The notes under the pieces: model-generated
The model's input: only the letters and a program-made list of their open reading frames with translations
What the model was told of the DNA's origin: nothing
Databases searched by the model: none
Shown: positions 36,865 to 49,849 of the stretch, one piece after another
How positions within the stretch are numbered: position 1 is the stretch's first letter
How the letters are laid out: every line of letters starts with the position of its first letter
Position numbers and translations under genes: made by a program
Assembly: GCF_006345805.1 (NCBI RefSeq)
Contig: NC_043004.1
Coordinates: 25,110,001-25,174,000 of the forward strand
Reading direction: 5' to 3'
Length of the DNA: 64,000 nt
Source of the DNA: Octopus sinensis
Lineage: Eukaryota

Positions 36865-37767
36865 TGTAGGAGAATTAATAAAGGGGTTCACTTTATTAAA
36901 TTGCTGTCAAGAGTGGAAAATTTAACGTTACTAGCCTATGTCCTTCGTCTAAGAATGAAGATAGTAAAGAAAGCGTGTTGTTGGATTTGCCTGCAAGTAC
37001 TCGTAATGAAAACTCAGTCTCCCATTAAATTATATGAATTTTTTTATCGTTAAAGCTTTTTGCTTCTACAATTAAAGACTGCAATGTTTGTTTTCAACTG
37101 GATCAATTGTCCGTTAGTAGCAGGCGGAAGTGTCATCGACTTAAGAACCTGATATCAACACAACGTCTGAGCAAAACAGTTAATTATAGTTGGGTCCGGT
37201 TTGTGACAAATCAAGAGTTCAGTTCCTAATGACTTAGTGCATCGATTTTTCGATTGATGCAAGCTAACTTCCTTTACGTCACTTGTATCAGAATATGGGA
37301 ATGTAAGTTTTCAAAGTTATTTGACCTTTGTTTTTGAATAGTTATCTATTAAATGCTCCTTTGTTTTGCATATAGATGGCGCCTGTAATTTAATCTCCAA
37401 ACAATTATATTTTCCTACATCATGTGTAGATTTATTCATCGGTAGTGGTGGTAAGGAGAATAGCACCAAAACATGTTCAGAGTTATGTCTCGTATTTTCC
37501 AGACTAAAAAATGCAAATAACATTGGTAATTTATGAAAATGTGTGTGTGTGTATGTGTGTGTGTGAATTCTTCACTGGATATTTCTTTCTTAATTGACTC
37601 TTTCATTTTTCAGGCATGCATCCCCACCACGCACATGTAAGTCATTATTCCGTTTATTTCAAAATTTCTTGCCGATAGAGAAAGAACCAGTTTCTAACCT
37701 AGATCCAAGGTTCCTTCATTGCAATTTCAACATCAACAACAGGGTATTTTTATTTGTATGTATGTAA

Positions 37768-37798
<31 letters not shown>

Positions 37799-38981
37799 TG
37801 TATGTATGTATGTATGTATGTATGTATGTATACACGCGTCGTACATACGAGGGTCGTCTCCAAATTAATGCAAATGCTGGCATAACTTTTTTTTTATTAA
37901 CTGATATAGGTCGTTCATGTTGCACATGCTGATAGTGTAATTCTTCGTTTTATAGAAAGGTAATGCAGAATTTAATCTGTATTTGCAGCATCATTGAACA
38001 CAACTCTCAAATCCTCTTTGCAAAAATTCAGGTTTGCTCTGCTGCATTTACTTCACAACCATTTTCACTTCGTCTATGTCATCAAATCGTTGTCCCATAG
38101 ACTGTCCTTCATTGATCCGAACAGACAGAAGTCGGTAGGTGCCAGTCAGAGTGCGTACAGTGAATAGGGGACCGTTGATCAATCTAATTTACAATTACTT
38201 TGATTTGTTGCCGAAGATATGTCTGGCTGCACATTATCGCAGTGAATGTAGGTAATTTTTAAACTTTTGTTCGATCACTTCCTTCTAATGGTTTCTCTAA
38301 GCTTTTCGGATTTCTCAATGTAACGCTCACTCTCACAGTACAGTCGCATTATAGAAAATCAAGGAGAATGACGCTCTTGTCATCCTAAAAAACAGTTTCC
38401 GTGAGTTTCTGTGTCGATCGTTGGCTGTTGAGCTTCTTGCAAAAGAGGTGTTGTCTCTTTCATGGGCCGAGCCTTTGTTTCTGGATCATAAAGATACGCC
38501 CACATTGCATCCCATGTTACCAGCTCAAAAATAAAGTGCCTTGAATTAATGATAATAATAACAACAACAATTAGTGTTTTCCTCGGCGGTAACAGTTGAG
38601 GACGTCAAAACCTGGAATCATCTTCAAGACTCTCCGTCACCCTCGTAGATTTAGCTGCACTGTTGATAAAGCTGGAACATCATCTCTTAATATAGCAAAC
38701 ATATCAGCATGAATGTCGTTGGGGACTAAACCCTTTTCCTGCAGGTACTCGATAACACCACGATGCCAAATTATGTTCACTTTCAAGAGAAGTCGCAACT
38801 GGTTACATTTGAAGTCTTCTTTGAACAGTGAGATGTCAGTTTACCTGTAACGAAACAATGTTGTTATTAATAAGGAGTGTTGAAATTAATGAATGCACGA
38901 TTTCACAGCTTTAGCTGACTCCTTCATTGTCAGCCTACGAACTTTTCAGCCCACCCTCGTATAATATATTCAACTACTCCC

Positions 38982-39034
<53 letters not shown>

Positions 39035-39930
39035 TGTAGGAGAATTAATAAAGGGGTTCACTTTATTAAATTGCTGTCAAGAGTGGAAAATTTAACGTTA
39101 CTAGCCTATGTCCTTCGTCTAAGAATGAAGATAGTAAAGAAAGCGTGTTGTTGGATTTGCCTGCAAGTACTCGTAATGAAAACTCAGTCTCCATTAAATA
39201 TATGAATTTTTTTATCGTTAAAGCTTTTTACTTCTACAATTAAAGACTGCAATGTTTGTTTTCAACTGGATCAATTGTCCGTTAGTAGCAGGCGGAAGTG
39301 TCATCGACTTAAGAACCTGATATCAACACAACGTCTGAGCAAAACAGTTAATTATAGTTGGGTCCGGTTTGTGACAAATCAAGAGTTCAGTTCCTAATGA
39401 CTTAGTGCATCGATTTTTCGATTGATGCAAGCTAACTTCCTTTACGTCACTTGTATCAGAATATGGGAATGTAAGTTTTCAAAGTTATTTGACCTTTGTT
39501 TTTGAATAGTATCTATTAAATGCTCCTTTGTTTTGCATATAGATGGCGCCTGTAATTTAATCTCCAAACAATTATATTTTCCTACATCATGTGTAGATTT
39601 ATTCATCGGTAGTGGTGGTAAGGAGAATAGCACCAAAACATGTTCAGAGTTATGTCTCGTATTTTCCAGACTAAAAAATGCAAATAACATTGGTAATTTA
39701 TGAAAATGTGTGTGTGTTGTGTGTGTGTGAATTCTTCACTGGATATTTCTTCTTAATTGACTCTTTCATTTTTCAGGCATGCATCCCCACCACGCACATG
39801 TAAGTCATTATTCCGTTTATTTCAAAATTTCTTGCCGATAGAGAAAGAACCAGTTTCTAACCTAGATCCAAGGTTCCTTCATTGCAATTTCAACATCAAC
39901 AACAGGGTATTTTTATTTGTATGTATGTAA

Positions 39931-39961
<31 letters not shown>

Positions 39962-40693
39962 TGTATGTATGTATGTATGTATGTATACACGCGTCGTACA
40001 TACGAGGGTCGTCTCCAAATTAATGCAAATGCTGGCATAACTTTTTTTTTATTAACTGATATAGGTCGTTCATGTTGCACATGCTGATAGTGTAATTCTT
40101 CGTTTTATAGAAAGGTAATGCAGAATTTAATCTGTATTTGCAGCATCATTGAACACAACTCTCAAATCCTCTTTGCAAAAATTCAGGTTTGCTCTGCTGC
40201 ATTTACTTCACAACCATTTTCACTTCGTCTATGTCATCAAATCGTTGTCCCCATAGACTGTCCTTCATTGATCCGAACAGACAGAAGTCGGTAGGTGCCA
40301 GTCAGAGTGCGTACAGTGAATAGGGGACCGTTGATCAATCTAATTTACAATTACTTTGATTTGTTGCCGAAGATATGTCTGGCTGCACATTATCGCAGTG
40401 AATGTAGGTAATTTTTAAACTTTTGTTCGATCACTTCCTTCTAATGGTTTCTCTAAGCTTTTCGGATTTCTCAATGTAACGCTCACTCTTCACAGTACAG
40501 TCGCATTATAGAAAATCAAGGAGAATGACGCTCTTGTCATCCTAAAAAACAGTTTCCGTGAGTTTCTGTGTCGATCGTTGGCTGTTGAGCTTCTTGCAAA
40601 AGAGGTGTTGTCTCTTTCATGGGCCGAGCCTTTGTTTCTGGATCATAAAGATACGCCCACATTGCATCCCATGTTACCAGCTCAAAAATAAAG
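36387..40693. repeat. About 2.1-kb direct tandem duplication (36387-38536 and 38567-40693) with a 30-bp filler
   Basis: The units are nearly identical. Differences are mostly 1-bp indels and microsatellite lengths. Confidence 0.95.
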
Positions 40694-41340
40694 CCTGTCT
40701 TCATTAGCTTTAATCGCTTTCAAATCAGAGTAAATTTTCATCCTTTGCATCTTCAAATCGGATGTAAATTGCTGAGATAAGCACTTCGTACAATCTTTCT
40801 AATACCCAAAATCTTCCACCATCTTGTGTAACGCATTATGACCACAGTTCAGTTGTGCAGCAAGCTCACGGATTGTGGCTCATTTGTCTTTTCGCTGGCG
40901 ATTTGTATCAGTGGTCGTATTTGATGGTTTCCCACGGTGAAGTCTTTCATTGATATCTTTCCTCATCGTTAAACATCTTCATTCATCTGTGCACATTGAT
41001 TTTATCAATGGTGTTGTCTCTGTGAACAACCAGTATCTTTCTATAGATATTGGACAGCCTGCACCCGTCCTTCATCAAGAACTCAGTGAAGTTCTTCATC
41101 AAGAACTCAATGTTATTTCTGTCTGGATCCTAATATTTGCTTGGAAAGATATTGAACGATGGCGTGCAAGAGTATATCGTCTTCACCACCTGCACACATT
41201 TAGGGCAAATTCGGCTATTGGAGCTTCCATTTTTGTAGAGCTTGTCATGAGATGGTAATGACCACCACCTCGCCTCGTAGAACTGCAATGCCAAAGACTC
41301 TCCATCGTTCTCTATATAAAAGTGCTGCAAAAGTGACTGC
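40003..41340 (-). mobile_element. Mariner transposon, decayed (its 3' part is also duplicated at 37848-38536)
   Basis: End TA-CGAGGGTCGTCTCC. Minus-strand LAPTDFCLFGSMK (SPDLAPSDF-like), YDPETK, ATIRELVAQ and MEAPIAEF. Confidence 0.75.
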
Positions 41341-42298
41341 ACATACTTATTAGTCTATGCATCAACTATTGTGTCTGAGTTGGGTAGAAGACAAGAAACT
41401 TTGAGGGAAGGAAGTGAGTATTATCGACTAGAATACTTGACTAGTACTTTATTTTATCGACCTGTGAGTCATTAAAGTAAAGTAAGACAAAACTGATCTC
41501 AATGGGATCTGAACTCAGAACATAAAGACAAAACTAAAAATACAAGTGACTTTTTTTCTCACGCTCAAACGAGTCTAGCAGCTCAATGGCACCAAGGTGG
41601 ACGTTATCTTTCATCCTACGAGGTCACTAAAATAAAATACCAATCCAGAACAGTAGATTGGTGGATTTGTTAGTGCCTGACAAGATGTCTTGCTCTATTT
41701 GCTTCATCTCTCCGTACTCTGAATTTTTGGCTGGTAAACATAATCCTTCACCCGGTTTACCAACGTCACCTGGTCCTTGGCTATCTTTTGCAAAGGTTTA
41801 ACCTTTTGCAAGCATTTCAGCTTTCCAGTTTGAAGATAACTTCCCCCTTTTCTCCCATCAGTCAAGGAGACCCTATCATGGCGTTTCCATTCCCGCCCTA
41901 ACAAAATAGTAAAAGTATCCCAATTTAAGTCTTTATGGAAAATTTGAATGTGAATCGAAACGACATGTCTTGTTATTCTGCCGTTTCTTAAAATGTCGAT
42001 CAATAATAGTGGGAGACTTATTATGAAAATCTTAATATGTTCTTAGACAAAGTATATTTACACAATTATACAAGTTTAATGACCGGACACTACAATAAAT
42101 ACCATTACAGTGTAGGTTGTGAAGAAATGAATATATGATTGATATGTTTGTGTGAGTGCGTGTGCGTGTGTGTAGGTATGTGTGTGTGTGTGTGTATATA
42201 TATATAAAGTACATATAACTTTTTGTATGATACTGTTGGCGTACATTTATCATAAGCTGTTTCGGAAACTATCATTGTGGTTGTAGTGGTTAGTTGAA

Positions 42299-42452
42299 CA
42301 GATGGCGGCGGTAACGAAAATTCTTTTTGTCGTAGGAGGGAAGACAAGAGAAAATATTGTTCGATATGGCGAAAATGACCACAGTGTAGGCATACAGTGG
42401 CAACCACTTCCTTCCGAAGTGGAGAAATATTGAAGTGTGGCGGATGAGTGAC
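42299..42452 (+). other. Candidate first exon / CpG-rich promoter island
   Basis: CAGATGGCGGC (YY1-like) at 42299; ATGAGTGAC|GTAAGC donor at 42453; a long pyrimidine-rich tract follows. Confidence 0.3.
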
Positions 42453-42879
42453 GTAAGCTGCTTGCTTAATATCGATTGGTCCTTCACAACTTTTCTTTCC
42501 AAAAATATTTTTTCTAACTTCTCCATATCTCGCCTTCCCTCAATTTATCTTCATTCTTTTCCATATTTATCCCTTTTTATTCTTACATATTTTGTTTTCT
42601 TTCATTTTCCTTCCTTTTCCTTCCTTTTCCTTTTCTTTTCTTGTTTATATTAAAAATTTGTTTATTTTCACTTTTCTTATTTCTCATTCATTTTTCGTTT
42701 ATTTATATTTTAATAATTTCATTTTTAGTATCTCTCTCCCTCTCCCTCTCTATTTTTTCTATTTATTATTTATTTATTTTGCTTAAATAATTAAGATGTT
42801 TATAACCAACTTCCTCTGACTTTTTTTTTTGTTCTTATAGAAAAAGGATGGGCTTTTCCATATTTATCTTATATCTTTT

Positions 42880-43480
42880 TCCCAACTGCTTTTTATTTAC
42901 ATATTCCAGTTGCTGTTTTGTGAGTAACTGGACTCATCCTCCGTTTCTTAAACGACGCTGAAATATTCATTTACGCTTTACCCGTTTTTGTAGATATTCT
43001 TCGAGATAGAGAGACGTGGTGTTCCCAAATGGCCCTTTTTCTTTAAGAAGCCCTCGATGTTCAGAGTTTACACTTGGCTGGATACCTCGTCTGTAAAGTT
43101 CTTGGTGGAATTCTAGTTTAAGCATCCCATATGACCCCTCATAACTTTTTATGTTTTGGAATTTTCGGAAAAAAGTTTTACGAATTTTTGTTTTACACAC
43201 TGGAATTCATACGATTATGATAAAATCTTTTTACAATTTTTAAAACCCATCCACCCATAAATCCAAAGAGCTCCACTCTTTTTCGAATATTTAAAAAAAT
43301 TAGAGTTTAAAATTCGCACAGTCCGAATTTTTTGCTTAAATTCCAGCAATGAACCACCACCCTTGGGCACATCTTTATTTCATAAAATGTGTTTATGGAG
43401 AGAAAAATATTGCAAAACATCATAAAAAATTTCTTACCCAGGCTATAAATGTATTCTACTCTTTAGTGTTTTGCATATGT
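42880..43480. repeat. Unclassified repeat related to 10690-11450
   Basis: TGTTTATGGAGAGAAAAATATTGCAAAACATC resembles TATTTATGGGGGAAAATATTGAAAAACATC (about 10776). Confidence 0.35.
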
Positions 43481-43784
43481 CCAAGTCCGTTGGTAACTAG
43501 AGATATAGTTGGACAACTGTTGTGCTGACACATGAGCTAGAAACATGCGTCCATACTGCCCTCTTATTTTTAGGCAGTAAGCCTATTGTTTTCTTTTACG
43601 GTATGTCAGCTTTGGAGAATTCTTGATTCTTGAAATTATCTTCCCTTCTCAAGTGGAGATGGTCTTAAATGCTATTTGGTAATTATGATTCATCCTCTAA
43701 GGACAGAGATAATTTTAATAGATCAAAAATTTACGCTGTGTGGTATTTCTCATACCTGCATTCACCCCTTTCTCCCGCCCATCG

Positions 43785-43823
<39 letters not shown>

Positions 43824-44280
43824 TCATTCTCTCACTCTACACACACACATATATGTATATATACATGTCTAGAGATGCTCTTGAAAGTTATCTTGACCAG
43901 TTATCCATGCTGATTTTTTAAATACTTTCGTAGATTGGAAGGCGTTGCATTTTAAATTTCATTCAAATATCTTTCTTTATTCCTTAGAATTGTAGACTTA
44001 CGCACACAAAATTTTGAAACCTAAACCTTTACCAGTTTTTGCTGCTTTGTGTTCACTTCACACCTCATACTTTCGTTTCTAAATTTATTGTTTTCCGTTT
44101 ATTTGCACTATCAATAGCATCTGCTTCCACGTTGTCCTTTAATTTTGGTATTTGGAAGCAGGATTGCGAAATTAGAATCCAACAACTTAAATGCACAGTA
44201 GTTTATAGCAAGAATTAGCACCCCTCCTAAATTAGCCTACTAGCAGTAGTTATAGCAATCAAAAATCCTTTTTTTATAAA

Positions 44281-44533
44281 TAAAACCTGTCTTCATTAGC
44301 TTGAAATGTTTTCAAATCAGAGTAAATTTCCATCCTTCGCATCTTCAAATCGGATGTAAATTGCTGAGATAAACACTTTGTACAATCTTTCCAATACCCA
44401 AAATCTTCCACCATCTTGCGTAACGCATTATGACCAGAGTCCAGTTGTGCAACAAGCTCACGGATTGTGGCTCATTTGTCTTTTCGCTGGCGATTTGTAT
44501 CAGCGGTCGTATTTGATGGTTTCCCACGGTGAA
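44281..44533 (-). mobile_element. Mariner transposase fragment, same family as 40003-41340
   Basis: About 250 bp similar to 40690-40940, with scattered substitutions. Confidence 0.7.
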
Positions 44534-44599
44534 GTTATAATAATAAATTATAATATTGATACTGTAAAAAAGAAGGTAACGTTAGTTTAATAAATATTT

Positions 44600-45240
44600 C
44601 TTCTATCGGCACAAGGCCTGAAATTTTATGAGGGTGTGGGGCTAGACGATTGACCCCAGCGCTGAACTAGTAGTTATTTTATCAGCTCCAAACGGATGAA
44701 AAGCAAAGTCGACCAAGGCGGAATTTGAATGAACTCAGAAAGTAAAGGCGGAAGAATTGCCGCTAAGAATTTTGTCTGGTATGATTACGGTTTTGCCAGT
44801 TTGCCGACTTTAACATTATTTTAAAGAAAAACGGTTGAAATTAAATCCCAGTTATGTCAACTTTAAATTTCTATCCCTGTGTTTAAATTAAGAACATTAT
44901 TTATGATTATTATACCGAGGTCGACTTTGCCTTTCATCCTTTTGGGCTTCCATAAAATATGTACCAGTTGAGCAGTGGGGTTGGTGTAATCGACTAGGCT
45001 CCTTCTCTGAACTTGCTCGCCTTGTGCCAAAAATTATTATTATTATTGTTGTTGTTGTTGTTGTTGTTGTTGTTATTATTCGCCCGCCGTTGCGTTCTGA
45101 GTTTAAATTCCGCCGAGGTTGACTTTGCTTTTCATCCTTTCGGGTTTGATAAATTAAGTACCAGTGAAACACTGGGGTCGATGTAATCGACTCATACCGT
45201 CCCCCAAAATTGCTGCCCTTTTGGCAAAATTTGAAACTAT
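44600..45240. mobile_element. Cluster of SINE family A variants (both strands)
   Basis: Cores at about 44695 (minus), 44915 and 45110 (plus), separated by (TTG)n/(TTA)n. Confidence 0.7.
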
Positions 45241-45273
45241 TATTATTATTGTTGTTGTTGTTGTTGTTGTTGC

Positions 45274-45315
<42 letters not shown>

Positions 45316-45339
45316 GTTGTTGTTGTTGTTGTTGTTAGT

Positions 45340-45600
45340 ACATCATGAAAAATCTTAGCTTTATTTTGTTAGTTGTTCACAACCTGCTGACTAAGGTGAT
45401 ACTTATTTACTGATTATGCTTCAAGAACCCTGCGGAGGACTCTTGCAGTTTCAAGTAATGAGGATTTTTGTAGGCGTTGTATCTTTCCAATCTTTTTAAA
45501 GCCATGCTGGGAGTTGGGTGCTGATATTTTCCAAGAGCACCAATCGCTATAGGTATCACATCCATTTTCTTCATTGCCTGCAACCTGCGTATTTCCCACT
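45340..45600 (-). mobile_element. Short 5'-truncated REL-type non-LTR 3' end
   Basis: ORF 45414-45599 ends KIQRLQKSSLLETARVLRRVLEA*, parallel to LQEVQKIVLTGTSHVLRRALSM* at about 15115. It abuts (TTG)n. Confidence 0.7.
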
Positions 45601-45644
45601 TCAGTTCGTCATTATAGTCGTCGTCGTCATCGTCGTTGTCATTG

Positions 45645-45675
<31 letters not shown>

Positions 45676-45900
45676 TAAACGATGATTTGGTAGAATCGTT
45701 AGCACACTGGATGAAATGCTTAGCGGATATTTCGTTTGTCGCTACATTCTGAGTTCAAATACAGTCGAGGCGGACTTTGCCTTTCATCCTTTCGGGTCGA
45801 TGAAATAATTAACCACCTTCATCGACTTTGAGCACAGGGTCGACGTAATCAATTAGTCCTCCTCCTGCCAAATTTCTAGCCTTGTGCCTAAAATTAAAAA

Positions 45901-45960
<60 letters not shown>

Positions 45961-45963
<3 letters not shown>

Positions 45964-46767
45964 TAGTTCTATTTTTATAGCGTGCTTTCACTTCACTACC
46001 GAGCGCAGCTCTGTGTGCCTTGGGTATGTGCTGTGATTTGTTGTGATGCTCTGATGGTTATTGTATGGAAAGTGTTCTGCGTAGGATGTGTGCAGTGCCT
46101 AGTAGTGCAATTTTCTGTATGTTATATGTGTTTGTAAGTCCTGGTGTTTTTGTTATGTATTTGTCTGAATATTTTTTTATCATGCCTAATGCACCTACTA
46201 TGATAGGAATGTTTCTGTTTTCAGATTCCACATTCTAGTTACCTCTATTTCCAGGTCTTTGTATTTTGAGAGTTTCTCCATTTCTTTTAGAGACACGTTG
46301 TCATCTGCCGGTATTGATACATCAATTAGAAAGCATTTTTTTCCTTCATGATCTCTGACAACTATATCTGGTCTGTTAGCCTTAATTTCTCTATCTGTGT
46401 GTATCGGCATATCCCAGAGTATGGTTGCTTTCTCGTTTTCTGTGACCTTTTCTGGTGTGTGCCTATACCATCTTTTTTCTGTTGTTATTCCATAATGTTG
46501 GCATAGCTTCCAATGTATGTAGGTTCCAACTCTGTCATGTCTGTGAATATATTCCTTTTTCGCCAGGACTGGGCAGCTAGAGATAATATGATTTATTGTT
46601 TCTTGTCCATCTCCACATATTCTGCAGTTACTTGTAATATTTCTTTTCATTACATGTTTTTGGTAATTTCTGGTGGGGAGGCTTTGGTCTTGTGCTGCAA
46701 TTAAAAATCCCTCTGTTTCTGCTTTGAGTCCTGAGCTTCTCAACCATTGCTGGGATTTTTCTTTGTC

Positions 46768-46770
<3 letters not shown>
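45961..46770 (-). mobile_element. 5'-truncated R4/Dong-like element (CCHC finger plus REL endonuclease) inserted in a (TAA)n tract
   Basis: ORF 46198-46986 core: LKAETEGFLIAAQDQ...CRICGDGQETINHIISSC...RHD...NRPDIVV...LIDVSIP...KYKDL. (TTA)n lies on both sides. Confidence 0.92.
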
Positions 46771-46805
<35 letters not shown>

Positions 46806-46844
46806 TATTATTATTACTATTATTGTTGTGGTTGTTGTTGTTAT

Positions 46845-47385
46845 TGAGTGAGAGAGCAGTGCATGCCATCAACGTGACACTGGCGTAAAATGTATGAAGC
46901 CCAGTATACTCATCATTATTACCTGTCCGATAAGGGTCGCCAGGCACATGCATTACAACTATATGTGCGCGACATAGTGATATCATATCAAGATAAACAG
47001 CACATGACCTTGCAGGTGGGGGCCCAGTTAGAATTTACTAATCCCGGTCAAAAGAGTAGCCCATCCCGCTCAAAAGATCCCCGAAGAAAGGTTGTTTAAG
47101 GATATTGAACAAAACAACCATGTTTCCAAAGGTGAATTGTCCAAACACCAAAGAATTCCTCTCAACACATGGCTATGATGCTTCCCCACTATTTCTGCAC
47201 ATATCATCAGCCACTAAGGGACATGCTCAACTGGTTAAGGTCAAACAACTGACAAGCAAATCTGTGGTATTGAGCAGAATATTTGTTGTAGCCCATCTTT
47301 TTATACCAAGACAACATGATAACACTTCCAATCAGTTAAGATCAGAAGCCATGAGAGCCTCTGCCTAGTACTGCATCAAAGCATG
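46845..47385 (-). mobile_element. Non-coding dispersed element abutting (TTA)n; second partial copy at 47467-47670
   Basis: GAGTGA(G/A)AGAG..GCATGCCAT.AA.GTGACACTGG starts immediately after (TTA)n in both copies, which are similar over about 200 bp. Confidence 0.6.
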
Positions 47386-47428
47386 GTGATATTGAGTAAA
47401 ATATTTGCTGTAGGCCATCTTTTTATAC

Positions 47429-47466
<38 letters not shown>

Positions 47467-47718
47467 GAGTGAAAGAGAGCAATGCATGCCATAAAAGTGA
47501 CACTGGGGCACAGATATATGAAGCCCAATATACCCATCATGACCACACGTCTAATAAGGATACAGCAAGCACATACATTACAACCACATGTGCGTGACCA
47601 TGTGATCTCATATCAAGATGAATAGCGCATGACCTTGAAAGTAGGACCCTGTTTGAATTTTCTTCAGGTTGAACCGCCCGCCAGCGGTTTATTTATTCTT
47701 CAAACACTGTCCGGTCAT

Positions 47719-49430
47719 TATGATAGGTTTAATTGTAGGTTGTACACATAGTCGTGGCCTGGGATCGCCCTAGAAGCAAGGTCGCCTGCTCAACGACCTC
47801 AGATCAATAGCTATGGATGAGACGGCTGTTAGGCAAAACCAGGATTTCCGATACACGTGATCTAACCCCCTCTTCAGTAATTTTGTGATCTACACATTGT
47901 TTAGTCAGCCTGGAATGGGAGGCAGGGTGGAAGTGCTGTTTAGGAAAGGTCTGGATCTCGAGGTACGGACGATCTTCCTGGACCCGGAAGATAAGCTGGT
48001 AGTCGTAGATGAGCATTAGCGAAGGTGGTGCTTTTAAACTACTCGCTATGTATACCCCAACTGAAGCAGGGCAGCCAGATTTCTTCAGACGTTTGGAGGT
48101 CACAGCGGTCGGTTTCGGTTCCGTTTTCAGAGGCTAAATCGCTGCAGCGTACAACGACATTTGTTCGGTGGTTAAAGTAAGTGGCCACTTATCGGAATTG
48201 TTTAGCGTCGCTCGTTCGGTCCATCAAGGATGTCCACTCTTGCCCCTTCTGTACGTGCTGGCTTTCTAGCCATTACAACGGAAGTTTTATATTTCGAGAA
48301 GTATACTACGTGAACTAGGATGCAGAAGCTTTGTGTCGGACAGCTCGGAAATCGAGCTTAAGGGAATACGAAGCAATGACAGGAGCAAAGATTAATTAGG
48401 ACAAGTCGGTAGGCTTCCGCAGCTCGTCTCATTGACAGAGCTACAATTCTGGATTAAGCATAGATTAAGAAAAGGGGCTTGGCAACTGGGGTGTCGGCAA
48501 GCGCTCACTGTACTGTGCCAGTCGGTCAATGCAGTCGATAGAAGTTCCACATTGGAGTTCTGTAGGGAATTAGTGGTGGGCGAGTGCGACTACGTCCTCG
48601 GGGAAACTCTGGGCGTCGGGAAGAGTCAATTAGCTGGTTTTTCTGGAGGACTTTCGGGCTGGAGTCGACGGATAATTTCCAGAAATCTCAGGCCTGACAG
48701 TGCTACCGGGGGTTCTGCTGGTTTGAAACAAACTCTACAGACACGGAAGTACAGTCAGACCGACCAGTCTGAGATGTGCGCAGAGCGACGAAACCGCTGA
48801 GTGCTCTCGTTCATTTTCCAGGCACTGCTGACCTGTAGAGCTTTGTCGAACAACTGTTGGCGCGTGTAAGATGAATCCGGTTATCAGCTGAATCCATCGT
48901 AAAAATCGCCCACCGCCTTCTTTGGCCGGGAAGAGAAGGCAGTTTTCCTCTGTCCGGTGGCTATGGCGAAAGAGATAATGTGGGAGACGAAGTTGAAAGG
49001 ACTGCAAAGAGATGCCCTCCTCTTCGGCCAAGCCCTCATCGACTTTTTCAAATTTCACTTGAAAAGTAAAGGGAGGGTGGAGAGGAAAGTACTGCTTCTC
49101 CCTTGTATTTTTATTGCAAGGTGGGTGAATGTGGTGAGGATGGCCCGTGTAAATGGGCCTATATTCGCTTGTAAGCCGGAGCTGTTGAGAAAGAGAGAAG
49201 GACCTGCTGAGGTTCCCCTGATGATCAGGGTAAACAGCATGTGAGGAGTTACTCGGTTGTCCCTGGGTGGAACTCTCTCCTTGTGGGGAATTTTATTTTG
49301 AATTTTGTTTTTAATTGGTTTTGTTTAATGTTTTTTATACACCAACTTTTGTGCTAAGCCCCAGTTGTCCGATGTGTTTTATAGTCTCTTTTAGTTTTGT
49401 TTTCGGCCCTTCTGGCCAATGAAAAAAGCA
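47719..49430 (+). mobile_element. L1/Tx1-like LINE ORF2 remnant with internal deletions
   Basis: MIGLIVGCTHSRGLGSP*KQGRLLNDLRS (EN start); FKLLAMYTP; RSVHQGCPLLPLLYVL (RT); C-terminal ORF 48957-49244 is homologous to 19043-19315. Confidence 0.8.
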
Positions 49431-49483
49431 TTATTATTACTATTATTATTATTATTATTATTATTACTATTATTATTATTATT

Positions 49484-49565
<82 letters not shown>

Positions 49566-49569
<4 letters not shown>

Positions 49570-49799
49570 GGTGGTGGTGAGCTGACAGAATACCGAGCGA
49601 AATGTTTAGCAGTGTTTTCCTCTGTCTTCACGTTCTGAGTTCAAATTCCTTCGAGGGCAACTTCGCCTATCATCCTTTTGGGATCGATAAATTAAGTACC
49701 ATTGAAACACTGGCGTCGATGTAATCGACTCAATCCTGCTACAAAATGTCTGCCTTGTGGCAAAATTTGAAAACATTATCATCATCATCATCATCATCA

Positions 49800-49849
<50 letters not shown>

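Noticed and set aside
43653-43680. GDGLKCYL as a Ly6/three-finger domain start
   Set aside because: It lacks the second Cys of the CxxC motif and the expected phase; there is no downstream support.
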